Below the pieces are notes generated by a model that saw nothing but the letters and a program-made list of their open reading frames with translations, had not been told where the DNA came from and searched no databases. This document shows positions 36,574-45,349 of a stretch of DNA of 64,000 nucleotides, in pieces. Both the position numbers and the translations under genes were made by a program. Source of the DNA: Candidatus Pacearchaeota archaeon CG10_big_fil_rev_8_21_14_0_10_34_76 (lineage in GTDB: Archaea > Nanobdellota > Nanobdellia > Pacearchaeales > GW2011-AR1). The DNA is taken from the NCBI GenBank assembly GCA_002763075.1, contig PFDB01000017.1:19745-83744 (forward strand), given 5' to 3'. Position 1 is the stretch's first letter, and each line of letters opens with the position of its first letter.

Positions 36574-37943
36574 CTCACCTTATTTTTATCATTCCATTTA
36601 CTTAATTCCTTCGGTCCATTGCTGTCTTTTTTGTATTTGTAAACAGGTTGTTCCATTTTCATCCAAGGCTCAAGAACCTTCCAGCAGTATTCTATGGAAT
36701 CATTTCTGACAAAAGAATATTGATTTTCCGCAATAATCTCTTCAATTAATGATTCATATGCTTCAGGAGTATTCGGCCCATATTTATTTTTTATTCTGAA
36801 ATCAAGTTTCACAGGCTCAACCTCATTCTTTCCAGGAATTTTAGTGTTTACTTCCAATGCAATTCCCTCATTTGTCTTTAAATTTATAATCAAATAGTCT
36901 GTATCTGAAGGACGAGTTTTGGACAATGAACAATTAACTTCTTTGAATTTAACATAAATAACTGCCTTAGTCTCACCTAACGCCTTGCCAGTTTTTAGGA
37001 AAAATGGAACACCTTTCCAACGTGGTGTGTTGACTACTGCCTTTAGAACTGCAAATGTTGGAGTTGTTGAGTTCTGAGCCACGCCTTTCTCTAATTTATA
37101 TGAATCGTACTGTCCGAGTAAAACATCCTCAATTTTGAGACTCTTAAAAACTTCTAATTTTTTATCCCTCACAGATTCTCCTTCAAATTTTTCTGGAGAT
37201 TCCATTGCAATCAAAGACAATAATTGAAACATGTGACTTTGTACCATATCTCTAAGAACTCCATATTTATCATAAAATTCCCCCCTCGAACCGACAGTTA
37301 AATCCTCATTTAATATTATCTGAATATTTTCTATGTGATCTCTACACCACAATGGTTCAAATACTCTGTTAGTAAATCTAAGCAATGAAATATTTGCAAC
37401 TAACTCTTTTCCTAAATAGTGGTCTATACGATAAATCTGTTTTTCCTTAAACAGAGAAAGAATTGTTTCATTTAGATCTCGTGCTGAAGATAGGTCGTGC
37501 CCAAACGGCTTTTCAAAAACTAGTTTTGGCCAGTTGCCTTTAGCAGAACTCATCTTAAGATTTTTTAAATTTTTTACAATTGATGGAAAATGTTCAGGCA
37601 ATGTTGCTAGATAGAAAATTCTTTTTCCAGATAATTTAAATTTTTCTTCAATTTCTAAACAGTTTTTTCCAAATACCTTGTAGCCTTCAGAGTCATCAAA
37701 ATCAATTTGAATATATTTAGACCTTCTTTCAATTTCATCCCAGATTTCCTGATCCGATTCTTTCACGAATTTTTTTGCATCTCCAATAACAGACTTCATC
37801 GAGTTCTCAGAGCGGGAGACTCCTACAACTGCAAAATTTTCAATTTTTTTCCTCAAGACTAAGTTATAAATTGCAGGCAAGAGCTTTCTCTTTGCCAAAT
37901 CTCCAGTTATCCCCATTACTATGAATGTCACCCTTTCTTCCAT
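36561..37943 (-). CDS. zwf: glucose-6-phosphate 1-dehydrogenase
   Basis: FIVMGITGDLAKRKLLPAIY (NADP-binding), the active-site nonapeptide RIDHYLGKE, and QSHMFQLLSLIAME. I place the start at the ATG 37943 (MEERVTF) rather than the TTG at 37961. Confidence 0.9.
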   Translation of the reverse strand: MEERVTFIVMGITGDLAKRKLLPAIYNLVLRKKIENFAVVGVSRSENSMKSVIGDAKKFVKESDQEIWDEIERRSKYIQIDFDDSEGYKVFGKNCLEIEEKFKLSGKRIFYLATLPEHFPSIVKNLKNLKMSSAKGNWPKLVFEKPFGHDLSSARDLNETILSLFKEKQIYRIDHYLGKELVANISLLRFTNRVFEPLWCRDHIENIQIILNEDLTVGSRGEFYDKYGVLRDMVQSHMFQLLSLIAMESPEKFEGESVRDKKLEVFKSLKIEDVLLGQYDSYKLEKGVAQNSTTPTFAVLKAVVNTPRWKGVPFFLKTGKALGETKAVIYVKFKEVNCSLSKTRPSDTDYLIINLKTNEGIALEVNTKIPGKNEVEPVKLDFRIKNKYGPNTPEAYESLIEEIIAENQYSFVRNDSIEYCWKVLEPWMKMEQPVYKYKKDSNGPKELSKWNDKNKVRWRS

Positions 37944-38076
37944 ATAATAATATAATAACAATCCATTATAAAGTTTAACGTAAATTGAGTTTGTGGAACG
38001 TTAACGACATAAATCCCATTTAGTTCTATATAATTTACAATTATGACTCGAATATATCTTCAATCGATAACAATAA

Positions 38077-38445
38077 CTAGTTAGGATTATAGAGAAACAT
38101 CTCTTTTACTATTTTCCCATCTTTCCATTCTTGAACAGAAACTTGAGATGACTTCCTTCTCTTTCCATCCTTGAACGTCACATCCATATTCCAATGGTTC
38201 ATAGCAACATTCCCATCATCCGAGAAAGCAACTTTGTTCAATTTCATTTCGTGAAATTCCTGAACATTTGACATGAATTGCATTTCGAACTCCCTGTTTG
38301 TGTCCTTTCCAACTCTTGGTTCTTCAGAATTCTCCTGCATGACTACATCATCAGCATAAAATTTCTCAAACGCATCCATAATTTTTCCCTGAAGAATCAA
38401 GTTATTCATTTCTTCAACATCCTCTTTTATTCCCATATTTAGCAA
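38077..38445 (-). CDS. SnoaL/NTF2-like fold protein
   Basis: 122 aa, cone-shaped alpha+beta pattern (AFEKFYADDVVMQEN...VSVQEWKDGKIVKEMFLY). The assignment is tentative. Confidence 0.45.
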   Translation of the reverse strand: MLNMGIKEDVEEMNNLILQGKIMDAFEKFYADDVVMQENSEEPRVGKDTNREFEMQFMSNVQEFHEMKLNKVAFSDDGNVAMNHWNMDVTFKDGKRRKSSQVSVQEWKDGKIVKEMFLYNPN

Positions 38446-38634
38446 TAAACATCAATGTATTTAAGTCTTTTTCAAAAAAATGCTTAGAGAGAAAGCAATG
38501 AATATAATTATATTTTCCTTAAATTAACTACAAATTGAATAACTATTAATTAATAAAAAACTAATGGGGAAGATAATCTGCTAAGTGAAACATAAATCCA
38601 AAGACGAATAAAATTAGAAAAAAATTTTGGCCAA

Positions 38635-39579
38635 TCATTCAACAATAGGTTTAATCTCTTGTTTGAATATTTTCGACACGTTATTGGTATAACTCAAAAT
38701 ATTTTTCTTAAAATAGGGTGTGTGTGATTTTTGTATTTTGCCAATTATATAATAACTTACTGCCATCATTGTCCCATAATCTGAATTCTTCGGTAGAGGA
38801 ATGTGCAGACGATTTTTCTTTTCCCCCCAAGTTTTATTCTCTTCTCCGAATGAAATAAAAAGCTCATTGGAAGGGACTATTGTTGTAGCGTGTTTGACAT
38901 ATTCAGATGTTTCAACATCTCTCGCAACCCTCCTTCCAAATAACTCAATAAATTTTATATTTAGCATCCTTACTATCCCAGAAAATTGTGGAGGAACAAT
39001 TAGATAATATTTATCATATCTGCTGAAATTTGGGAGTTTTATTTTATCTATCTTTGATATTATAAAGTCATGAATCTCATTGGGATTCTCGCGTGTTTTA
39101 CCTAAAATCATTCCCATATATGTTGAAGTATTATAAGTATACGGCTCTCGCTGATTGGGGAAGATAAAAAGATCGTATTTATGTTTATCATCCAGATATT
39201 TTTCAGCTTGAGAATTAATATTTGCAGTTATTAAAGTTACATGTTTCTTATATTTTTTAGAACATCTTGCGATTATGGGAGCATGTTTTCCTCCCGATGC
39301 TGAGATTAGAACAACGCCATCAATTGAACTAATCTTTTTAAGTTTCTCTTCAAAATTACTTTCAGATGCGAAAACTGCATCTCTATCTTCAAACATAATT
39401 CTTCCAGTTGCTTCTGCATTGCCAGAGCCAACGACAAGTGGTTTTTTGTATGGAATTTCAATTTTTGGAATATTTGTATCTGAAAATAATTCCAATGCTC
39501 CAAGAACGCACACATCTAAATCAGGTATATTCTTCAAACTGAAATTCTGCATTGTCTCAAGGTTTGTTTTTGATTTCAT
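38635..39579 (-). CDS. SIS-domain-like sugar-phosphate-binding protein
   Basis: 314 aa. VVGSGNAEATGRIM ... DGVVLISASGGKHAPII resembles the SIS (sugar isomerase) nucleotide-fold motif. Its start overlaps the transaldolase stop by 4 nt. Confidence 0.45.
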   Translation of the reverse strand: MKSKTNLETMQNFSLKNIPDLDVCVLGALELFSDTNIPKIEIPYKKPLVVGSGNAEATGRIMFEDRDAVFASESNFEEKLKKISSIDGVVLISASGGKHAPIIARCSKKYKKHVTLITANINSQAEKYLDDKHKYDLFIFPNQREPYTYNTSTYMGMILGKTRENPNEIHDFIISKIDKIKLPNFSRYDKYYLIVPPQFSGIVRMLNIKFIELFGRRVARDVETSEYVKHATTIVPSNELFISFGEENKTWGEKKNRLHIPLPKNSDYGTMMAVSYYIIGKIQKSHTPYFKKNILSYTNNVSKIFKQEIKPIVE

Positions 39580-40412
39580 TTTTCTATTTTTGTTCCCAGC
39601 ATCCTTGCATATTCAGGCACAATGTCTTTAGTGAATTTTTTCATACCTTCTGCTGTTTTCAAATGACTTGCAATTTTATCAAATACGTTAAAAGGTATTG
39701 TTGCAATATCTGCTCCGGCTAATGCAACTTCTCTTATTTGGCGCGTGTTTCTAATGCTTGCAGCAAGAATTTCTGACTGAACTTTTTGTTTCTTGAAAAT
39801 TTCAGATATTTCCTTAATTAACATAACCCCAGAGACTATACCGTTATCTTCAAGAGTTTTCTTTCCATTTTTCCAGCCTTCTTCTGGAAAATAGTCTCTT
39901 TTTTCAAATTTCATGTGTGCTGTTTCTCTTAGATAATCATCAATCCTTCCAACAAATGGGCTTACAAACCTTGCCCCAGCTTTAGCAGCCAGCAATGCTT
40001 GCTCTGGAGTAAAAATCAAAGTGCAGTTGACTGGAATTTTTTTATCAGAGAGTTTTTTTATTACCTTGATTCCATCCATATTGCTTGAACATTTCAAGTC
40101 CAAACATGGATTAACAGGAACTTTTACAAAAACGTTTTTTGCAATTTTATTAAATTTTTTATAAAGAGTTTCTCCCTCGCGCACCATGTTTTTATAATCT
40201 CTGCTGATAACCTCTAAGCTGACAGGTTTGCCCTTGCATAACTTAAGAATATCTCCAATGTATGAGTCGAAATTGATATTTTTTCCCTTGGACTTTTCTT
40301 TTTCAAAAGCTTCCCTTATTAGACTTGGGTTTGTAGTTACTCCATCTAAAACTCCATAATCTAAAGTCTTTTTTATTTCATTTATATCTGCACTATCTAA
40401 AAAAAATTTCAT
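39576..40412 (-). CDS. tal: transaldolase / fructose-6-phosphate aldolase family protein
   Basis: MKFFLDSADINEIKK...GVTTNPSLI, VKVPV and CTLIFTPEQALLAAKAGARFVSPFVGRIDD, which includes the Schiff-base Lys region. Confidence 0.8.
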   Translation of the reverse strand: MKFFLDSADINEIKKTLDYGVLDGVTTNPSLIREAFEKEKSKGKNINFDSYIGDILKLCKGKPVSLEVISRDYKNMVREGETLYKKFNKIAKNVFVKVPVNPCLDLKCSSNMDGIKVIKKLSDKKIPVNCTLIFTPEQALLAAKAGARFVSPFVGRIDDYLRETAHMKFEKRDYFPEEGWKNGKKTLEDNGIVSGVMLIKEISEIFKKQKVQSEILAASIRNTRQIREVALAGADIATIPFNVFDKIASHLKTAEGMKKFTKDIVPEYARMLGTKIEK

Positions 40413-40782
40413 ACTCTCTTTTCGCTATCATAATTATCTGTTGAGATATATAAAAGTTTAGTTAAATTGATTAATGGAAACATTTTAAGCAAACGAAATT
40501 ATTTCGCTTTCAGGGAGTTTCAAGAACCCTTAGAAAGATTAATTAATGATTTCAACCTTAATATGTTATGTCATTTAGTGGAGTGATTCGGGAATAATAT
40601 TTTGTATAGCAGGAATTTTTTCTCTGGCTTCTATAAGTATGTATGGTACTCAGTGGTTGGTTTCTATCCCTATGGCAATTATTTTGTTGGGTACAGGACT
40701 ATACATGATATTCAATACTCGCAAAGAAGATAAAATTGAAGGTGTGGGAAAGAAATAAAAACAAGCAATGTTTAGTTAAAAT

Positions 40783-41106
40783 ATGAAAGAAATTATTGTG
40801 ACAACCTCTGAATTTATCCCAGGTAAGAAAATAACAAAGATTGTGGGGGTTGTGCGTGGAAATACAGTTAGATCTAGAAATATAGGAAGAGATATAGGTG
40901 CTGCTTTTAAAAACATGGTAGGCGGAGAGATAAAAACTTATACTGAACTCATTTCTTTATCTCGTGATGAAGCGTATAATAGAATGATTAATAATGCTAT
41001 AAAAATGGGAGCTAATGCAATAATAAACGTGAGATTCACAACTTCAACAGTAATGGCAGGAGCATCCGAAATGCTGGTCTATGGAACTGCGGTTAAGCTA
41101 AACTGA
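40783..41106 (+). CDS. YbjQ-family (UPF0145) protein
   Basis: 107 aa. The IVTTSEFIPGKKI...VRGNTVRSRNIGRDIGAAFKNMVGGEIKTYTEL pattern is typical of YbjQ. Confidence 0.75.
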   Translation: MKEIIVTTSEFIPGKKITKIVGVVRGNTVRSRNIGRDIGAAFKNMVGGEIKTYTELISLSRDEAYNRMINNAIKMGANAIINVRFTTSTVMAGASEMLVYGTAVKLN

Positions 41107-41122
41107 GATTCTTACACATAAT

Positions 41123-41473
41123 ATGAAAAATACCACACGCAGGTCATTAATAATCAAAAAAGAAATATCTTCTGGCGTTGTGCATACTTTACCTGAGGAT
41201 TTACGAAATGCACTCACTTCCAACAAGGAGGTGTTAGGCAAATGGGAGAACCTTACGCCTCTCTCTCGTAATGAATGGATATGTTGGGTTATCTCTGTTA
41301 AGAAAGATGATACAAGAAAAGAGCATATTGATAGGCTTATAAATGAACTTAAAGAAGGAAAGCGAAGGCCTTGTTGCTGGTTAGGATGCATTCACCGCAA
41401 GGATAAGTCTCTAAGTCCTTCTGTTAGGGGAATACTTCATAGACGATCCAAAAAGTTTAAGAAAAAAATTTAA
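41123..41473 (+). CDS. YdeI/OmdA-family protein
   Basis: 116 aa. LPEDLRNAL...WENLTPLSRNEWICWVISVKKDDTRKEHIDRLINELKEGKRRP matches the YdeI/OmpD-associated domain pattern. Confidence 0.6.
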   Translation: MKNTTRRSLIIKKEISSGVVHTLPEDLRNALTSNKEVLGKWENLTPLSRNEWICWVISVKKDDTRKEHIDRLINELKEGKRRPCCWLGCIHRKDKSLSPSVRGILHRRSKKFKKKI

Positions 41474-41538
41474 GCAAGCAATTTTACAATTAACTTTTTA
41501 CTGCGATTATTTAAAAAGATTTAATTCTAATCCATGAG

Positions 41539-41949
41539 ATGGTAGAAATAAATGTCGAAATAATTATTGATGCTTCTATTGAGAAAGTGTGGAAGTTTTA
41601 TACAAATGCAGAGCATATTAAGCAGTGGAATAACGCTTCTGATGATTGGCATACCCCTCGCGCTGAAAATGATTTGAGGGTTGGAGGAAAATTTGTATAT
41701 AGAATGGAGGCAAAAGATAGCAGTGTGGGATTTGACCTTGAAGGTGAGTATACTGAAATTGAAGAAAATGAGATTATCAATTACACTATGAATGATGGAA
41801 GAAAAGTAAGGATTACATTTAGTAATGAGGAAGGTAAGACATTAGTGAGTATAATATTTGATGCTGAAACAGAAAACTCTATTGAAATGCAGAAAGAAGG
41901 ATGGCAGGCTATTTTGAATAATTTCAAGAGGTACATTGAATCTAATTAA
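41539..41949 (+). CDS. SRPBCC / AHSA1-domain protein
   Basis: 136 aa. IDASIEKVWKFYTNAEHIKQWN...GGKFVYRMEAKDSSVGFDLEGEYTEIEENE is typical of the Aha1/START-like superfamily. Confidence 0.7.
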   Translation: MVEINVEIIIDASIEKVWKFYTNAEHIKQWNNASDDWHTPRAENDLRVGGKFVYRMEAKDSSVGFDLEGEYTEIEENEIINYTMNDGRKVRITFSNEEGKTLVSIIFDAETENSIEMQKEGWQAILNNFKRYIESN

Positions 41950-41988
41950 CATGGCAAAATATATAAAATAAGATTTGTTGGGCGTGGT

Positions 41989-42210
41989 ATGAAAAAAAGA
42001 ACAAATAAAAACAAAGAATGTTCATGCAAAAGCAAATCATGTAATGCAACGGGGTGCGGTGGAGCTTTTTATGGCTTAGGTTTTATAGGCGCTGCAATAT
42101 ATTACATCTCCACTGCAACAGGATTTTGGGTTGGAGTTCTTGGGATTATTAAGGCATTAGTTTGGCCTGCTTTTTTGGTTTATGAGATTCTTAAGTTTTT
42201 AGGAGCATAA
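41989..42210 (+). CDS. small membrane protein with a Cys-rich basic N-terminus
   Basis: 73 aa. KECSCKSKSCNATGCGG is followed by two hydrophobic helices. Confidence 0.45.
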   Translation: MKKRTNKNKECSCKSKSCNATGCGGAFYGLGFIGAAIYYISTATGFWVGVLGIIKALVWPAFLVYEILKFLGA

Positions 42211-42236
42211 TTGTCTTAGAAATCATAAAGCAAAGG

Positions 42237-42243
42237 TTTATAT
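42237..42243 (+). promoter_or_regulatory. TATA-box-like element upstream of csp
   Basis: TTTATAT is centred about 29 nt upstream of the csp ATG at 42269. The ATG at 42242 that opens the longer ORF lies inside this box. Confidence 0.35.
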
Positions 42244-42268
42244 GCGGTTTTTTCCAGTAGATTATACA

Positions 42269-42460
42269 ATGAAAGGCAAAGTAAAATTTTTCAATGAGAC
42301 AAAGGGATTTGGATTTATAATCGGCGACGATGGAAAGCAATATTTCGTTCATAGTACCGGATTAAAACCTGGTGTTTCTCTACGTGAAGGGGATTCAGTC
42401 ACGTTTGAGGTCGAAGAAGGAGATAAAGGTCCTAAAGCTTCGAAAGTCTCTAAAGAATAA
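42269..42460 (+). CDS. csp: cold-shock domain protein (CspA family)
   Basis: MKGKVKFFNETKGFGFI (RNP1) and QYFVHS (RNP2-like). 63 aa from the internal ATG. Confidence 0.85.
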   Translation: MKGKVKFFNETKGFGFIIGDDGKQYFVHSTGLKPGVSLREGDSVTFEVEEGDKGPKASKVSKE

Positions 42461-42485
42461 GTACGTAACTCTTTCTTGTTCATAA

Positions 42486-43739
42486 ATGGAAAAATTCAAA
42501 CAGTTAGGATTAAGCGAAGGCATTTTAAATGCGATAGATAAGGCTGGATTCAGTGAACCTAGTGAGATACAGGAAAAAACAATCCCTCTAGTAATCTCCG
42601 GAAGGGACGTTATAGGCAGTTCTGCCACTGGCTCTGGGAAAACTCTCGCATTTGGAGCAGGAATAATAGACAAAGTACAAAGAGCAGGAGGAATCCAGGC
42701 ATTGGTTTTGACTCCTACAAGAGAGTTAGCAGAGCAAGTTGCTGTGAATTTGAGAAAATTTTCTTTCCATAAGGGATTGAATGTAAGAGAAATATATGGG
42801 GGAGTCTCTATGGAACCTCAAATAAGAGGATTGAGAAGAGCAGAGATAGTTGTGGGAACTCCTGGTAGAATACTTGATCATCTAAAGAGAAGAACACTGA
42901 ATCTTTCGAAGGTTAGATATTTAGTCTTAGATGAAGCAGATCGTATGCTGGATATGGGATTCATAAGAGATGTTGAGTCAATAATTAGGTCATGCCCTGA
43001 TAACCGACAGACAATGTTGTTTTCAGCCACAATCTCACAAGAAATAAAAGAAATATCTGACAGATATATGAAAAATCCAAGTTATGTTGCTGTGAATAAT
43101 CAAGTTGATCCTTCTAAACTCTATCAGGTGTATTATGATGTTGATCCCGATATGAAATTTACATTATTGGCTCATTTGCTGAAAATGGAAAAAGAAGGAG
43201 TGGTTATGGTTTTCTGCAATACTAGAAGAAATGTTGATAGACTAACTAAGGCATTGCATGATCAAGGAATACATGCAAGGGCCATCCATGGGGGGCTATC
43301 ACAAAATAAGAGGAGTAGCACATTGCAATCATTCCATGAAAGAGAGACACTTATTTTAGTGTGCACTGATGTAGCTGCGAGGGGGCTAGACATAAAGGAT
43401 ATTTCACATGTCTATAATTTTGACATACCCGTTACAGATACGGATTATATTCATAGGATAGGTAGAACAGCAAGAGCAGGAAAAAATGGAATAGCAATAA
43501 GCTTTGTTTCTACAGGAGATCATACAGAATTTAGACAGATATCCAAGTCATTGAATATAGAGAGAATTAATACCCCAAAATTAAATAAGACTGTTTCAAT
43601 AATTTTTAGCTCAAATTCTGATAGAAAGGCAAATCGGCAAAGAGGAAGATCTCCTCCTGGAAGAGGTAAAGGTTCGGAAAGAGGAAGGCCTGGGAAGAGG
43701 AAAGAAGGAAGGCCAAGGTCTAATTTTAGAAGAAGATAG
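42486..43739 (+). CDS. DEAD-box ATP-dependent RNA helicase with an Arg/Gly/Lys-rich tail
   Basis: Q motif (FSEPSEIQ), ATGSGKTLAF, PTRELA, DEAD, SAT and HRIGRTARAG. The C-terminal basic tail reads RQRGRSPPGRGKGSERGRPGKRKEGRPR. Confidence 0.9.
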   Translation: MEKFKQLGLSEGILNAIDKAGFSEPSEIQEKTIPLVISGRDVIGSSATGSGKTLAFGAGIIDKVQRAGGIQALVLTPTRELAEQVAVNLRKFSFHKGLNVREIYGGVSMEPQIRGLRRAEIVVGTPGRILDHLKRRTLNLSKVRYLVLDEADRMLDMGFIRDVESIIRSCPDNRQTMLFSATISQEIKEISDRYMKNPSYVAVNNQVDPSKLYQVYYDVDPDMKFTLLAHLLKMEKEGVVMVFCNTRRNVDRLTKALHDQGIHARAIHGGLSQNKRSSTLQSFHERETLILVCTDVAARGLDIKDISHVYNFDIPVTDTDYIHRIGRTARAGKNGIAISFVSTGDHTEFRQISKSLNIERINTPKLNKTVSIIFSSNSDRKANRQRGRSPPGRGKGSERGRPGKRKEGRPRSNFRRR

Positions 43740-43773
43740 CAGAGTTTATAACCTGGCTGAGATATTATTTAAT

Positions 43774-43938
43774 ATGGCTGCAACACCTCCAGGATCAAAA
43801 AAAAGAAAATTAGATTTTATGATTGATCAGGTTGCTTTTGATAATTTTATGAAGATGTGTAGCTTGAAGGGATTCGCTCCCCAGGTGGAAATTGAGATTC
43901 TGATGAAAAAATATGTTGCAAGTAATGGTAAGATTTAA
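43774..43938 (+). CDS. small RHH-like protein (54 aa, below the ORF-track cutoff), putative
   Basis: Translates to MAATPPGSKKRKLDFMIDQVAFDNFMKMCSLKGFAPQVEIEILMKKYVASNGKI. It shows the same strand-helix-helix layout as the 12832 ORF (IDNETYERFREFCKKEGYS...). Confidence 0.35.
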   Translation: MAATPPGSKKRKLDFMIDQVAFDNFMKMCSLKGFAPQVEIEILMKKYVASNGKI

Positions 43939-44029
43939 CCTTATTTTTTAGGGAGGCGACATATGTCTCCTTGTTACACAACTATTTTTGAATACCAAGC
44001 TTTATATACTCATTTCTGGATGATTATGC

Positions 44030-44494
44030 ATGGGAAGATTTGATTCAAGTAATAGAAGCGGAGGATTTGGAGGCCGATCTGGAGGTCGCGGAGATAGTCG
44101 TGGCGGAAGGTCTGGAGGAAGGTCTGGAGATAGTCGTGGTGGAAGAAGCTTTGGCGGAGATAGAGGGGGCCGAGGAGGATTTGGAGGAAGAGATTCTAGA
44201 AGCGGACCAGTTACAATGCATGATGTTATGTGCAGTAAATGTGGAAAGAATTGTCAGGTTCCATTTAAACCAACAGGAGATAAACCAGTATACTGTAGCG
44301 ATTGCTTTAGGCAGAATGATGATAGAGGTTCTAAGGATCAAGGTAGAGGAAGTTCAGGAGTATCTTCATCCCAGATTAATGAAATTAATGCAAAACTTGA
44401 TAAAATAATAGCAATATTAGAGCAATTAGAAATTTCTGAAGAGTATGATGATTCTGAGGATGAAGACTTTGAAGATGATTCTGATAAAGAATAG
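44030..44494 (+). CDS. RGG-repeat protein with a CxxC-x17-CxxC zinc ribbon and an acidic tail
   Basis: 154 aa. The N-terminus has GGRSGG/GDSRGGRS repeats, then CSKCGKNCQVPFKPTGDKPVYCSDCF (exactly 17 residues between the CxxC pairs). The C-terminus is acidic (EEYDDSEDEDFEDDSD). Confidence 0.7.
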   Translation: MGRFDSSNRSGGFGGRSGGRGDSRGGRSGGRSGDSRGGRSFGGDRGGRGGFGGRDSRSGPVTMHDVMCSKCGKNCQVPFKPTGDKPVYCSDCFRQNDDRGSKDQGRGSSGVSSSQINEINAKLDKIIAILEQLEISEEYDDSEDEDFEDDSDKE

Positions 44495-44587
44495 GATTTG
44501 ATAGTTACTTAAAACTTTAATGGGTTTGTCTGGGAATGGATTATATGAATGAAAATGTAATTCAGAAAAAATTTTGGATATTAGAAC

Positions 44588-45349
44588 TTAGACTTCTACT
44601 CTATTAAATAAATATATTCCAAGAAGAGTAACAAAGATTATGCAGACTAATGTGACTGCAAAATCAATTACAAGACCAAAGTGCGATACCCCCGTGAATA
44701 TTTCCCTCAGTGCATCTATTTGATATGAAAGAGGATCAAACATTGCGATAATTTTTATTCCTTGGGGGGCACTTTCTAAAGGAAATATGGCTCCTGAAAG
44801 AAAGAAGACTGGCATTATTATAAAATTCATTATCATTGGAAATGCCTGCATGTCTTGTACCTTGCTTGCGAGCGCTGTTCCTAAAGCTGTGAAAACAAAT
44901 GCAAGAAGAAACATAAATAGCAATGCTAAAGGTAGAAGCGCCAAATTTAATGGTTTGAATCCAAATAATAAAGTTATCAAAAGAAGAATTATCCCTTGGA
45001 TTAAAGCAACTGTTGCTCCACCTAGAGTTCTTCCAAGAAAGATGCTAAATCTTGAAGATGGAGAAACTAAAGTCTCTTTTAAGAAGCCTAGTTGTCTGTC
45101 CCAAATAACTTCCATTCCAGAGAACATTGCCGTGAATAAGATGCTCATGCCTATAATTCCTGGAGCTAGGAACTGAATATAATCTCCACTACCTGCTTGG
45201 GCATAGATTGGTCCGAGTCCAAATCCTAGGGCCACTAAGAATAAAACTGGTTGAGCTAACGAACCTATTATTCTAGATCTGGTTCTCCAATATCTTATGA
45301 GTTGCCTAAGCCACATCACATAAATTGCGTTAGTCATCTGTTCCCCCAA
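44588..45349 (-). CDS. ABC-2-type transporter permease
   Basis: 253 aa with six hydrophobic segments. It overlaps the upstream ATPase gene by 16 nt. Confidence 0.75.
   Translation of the reverse strand: MGEQMTNAIYVMWLRQLIRYWRTRSRIIGSLAQPVLFLVALGFGLGPIYAQAGSGDYIQFLAPGIIGMSILFTAMFSGMEVIWDRQLGFLKETLVSPSSRFSIFLGRTLGGATVALIQGIILLLITLLFGFKPLNLALLPLALLFMFLLAFVFTALGTALASKVQDMQAFPMIMNFIIMPVFFLSGAIFPLESAPQGIKIIAMFDPLSYQIDALREIFTGVSHFGLVIDFAVTLVCIIFVTLLGIYLFNRVEV

Noticed and set aside
40553-40758. Possible small membrane ORF (about 39 aa from ATG: MYGTQWLVSIPMAIILLGTGLYMIFNTRKEDKIEGVGKK) in the 370-bp gap upstream of ybjQ.
   Set aside because: The hydrophobic frame extends upstream of the only ATG with no usable start codon. 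It is too short and unsupported to call.
44040-44408. Alternative-frame ORFs (44040-44408 plus, 44045-44341 minus) over the RGG-repeat gene.
   Set aside because: The GGN/AGN-rich repeat keeps several frames open. Only the 44030 frame yields the CxxC-x17-CxxC zinc ribbon and a sensible start with an upstream TATA-like box (CTTTATATACT).
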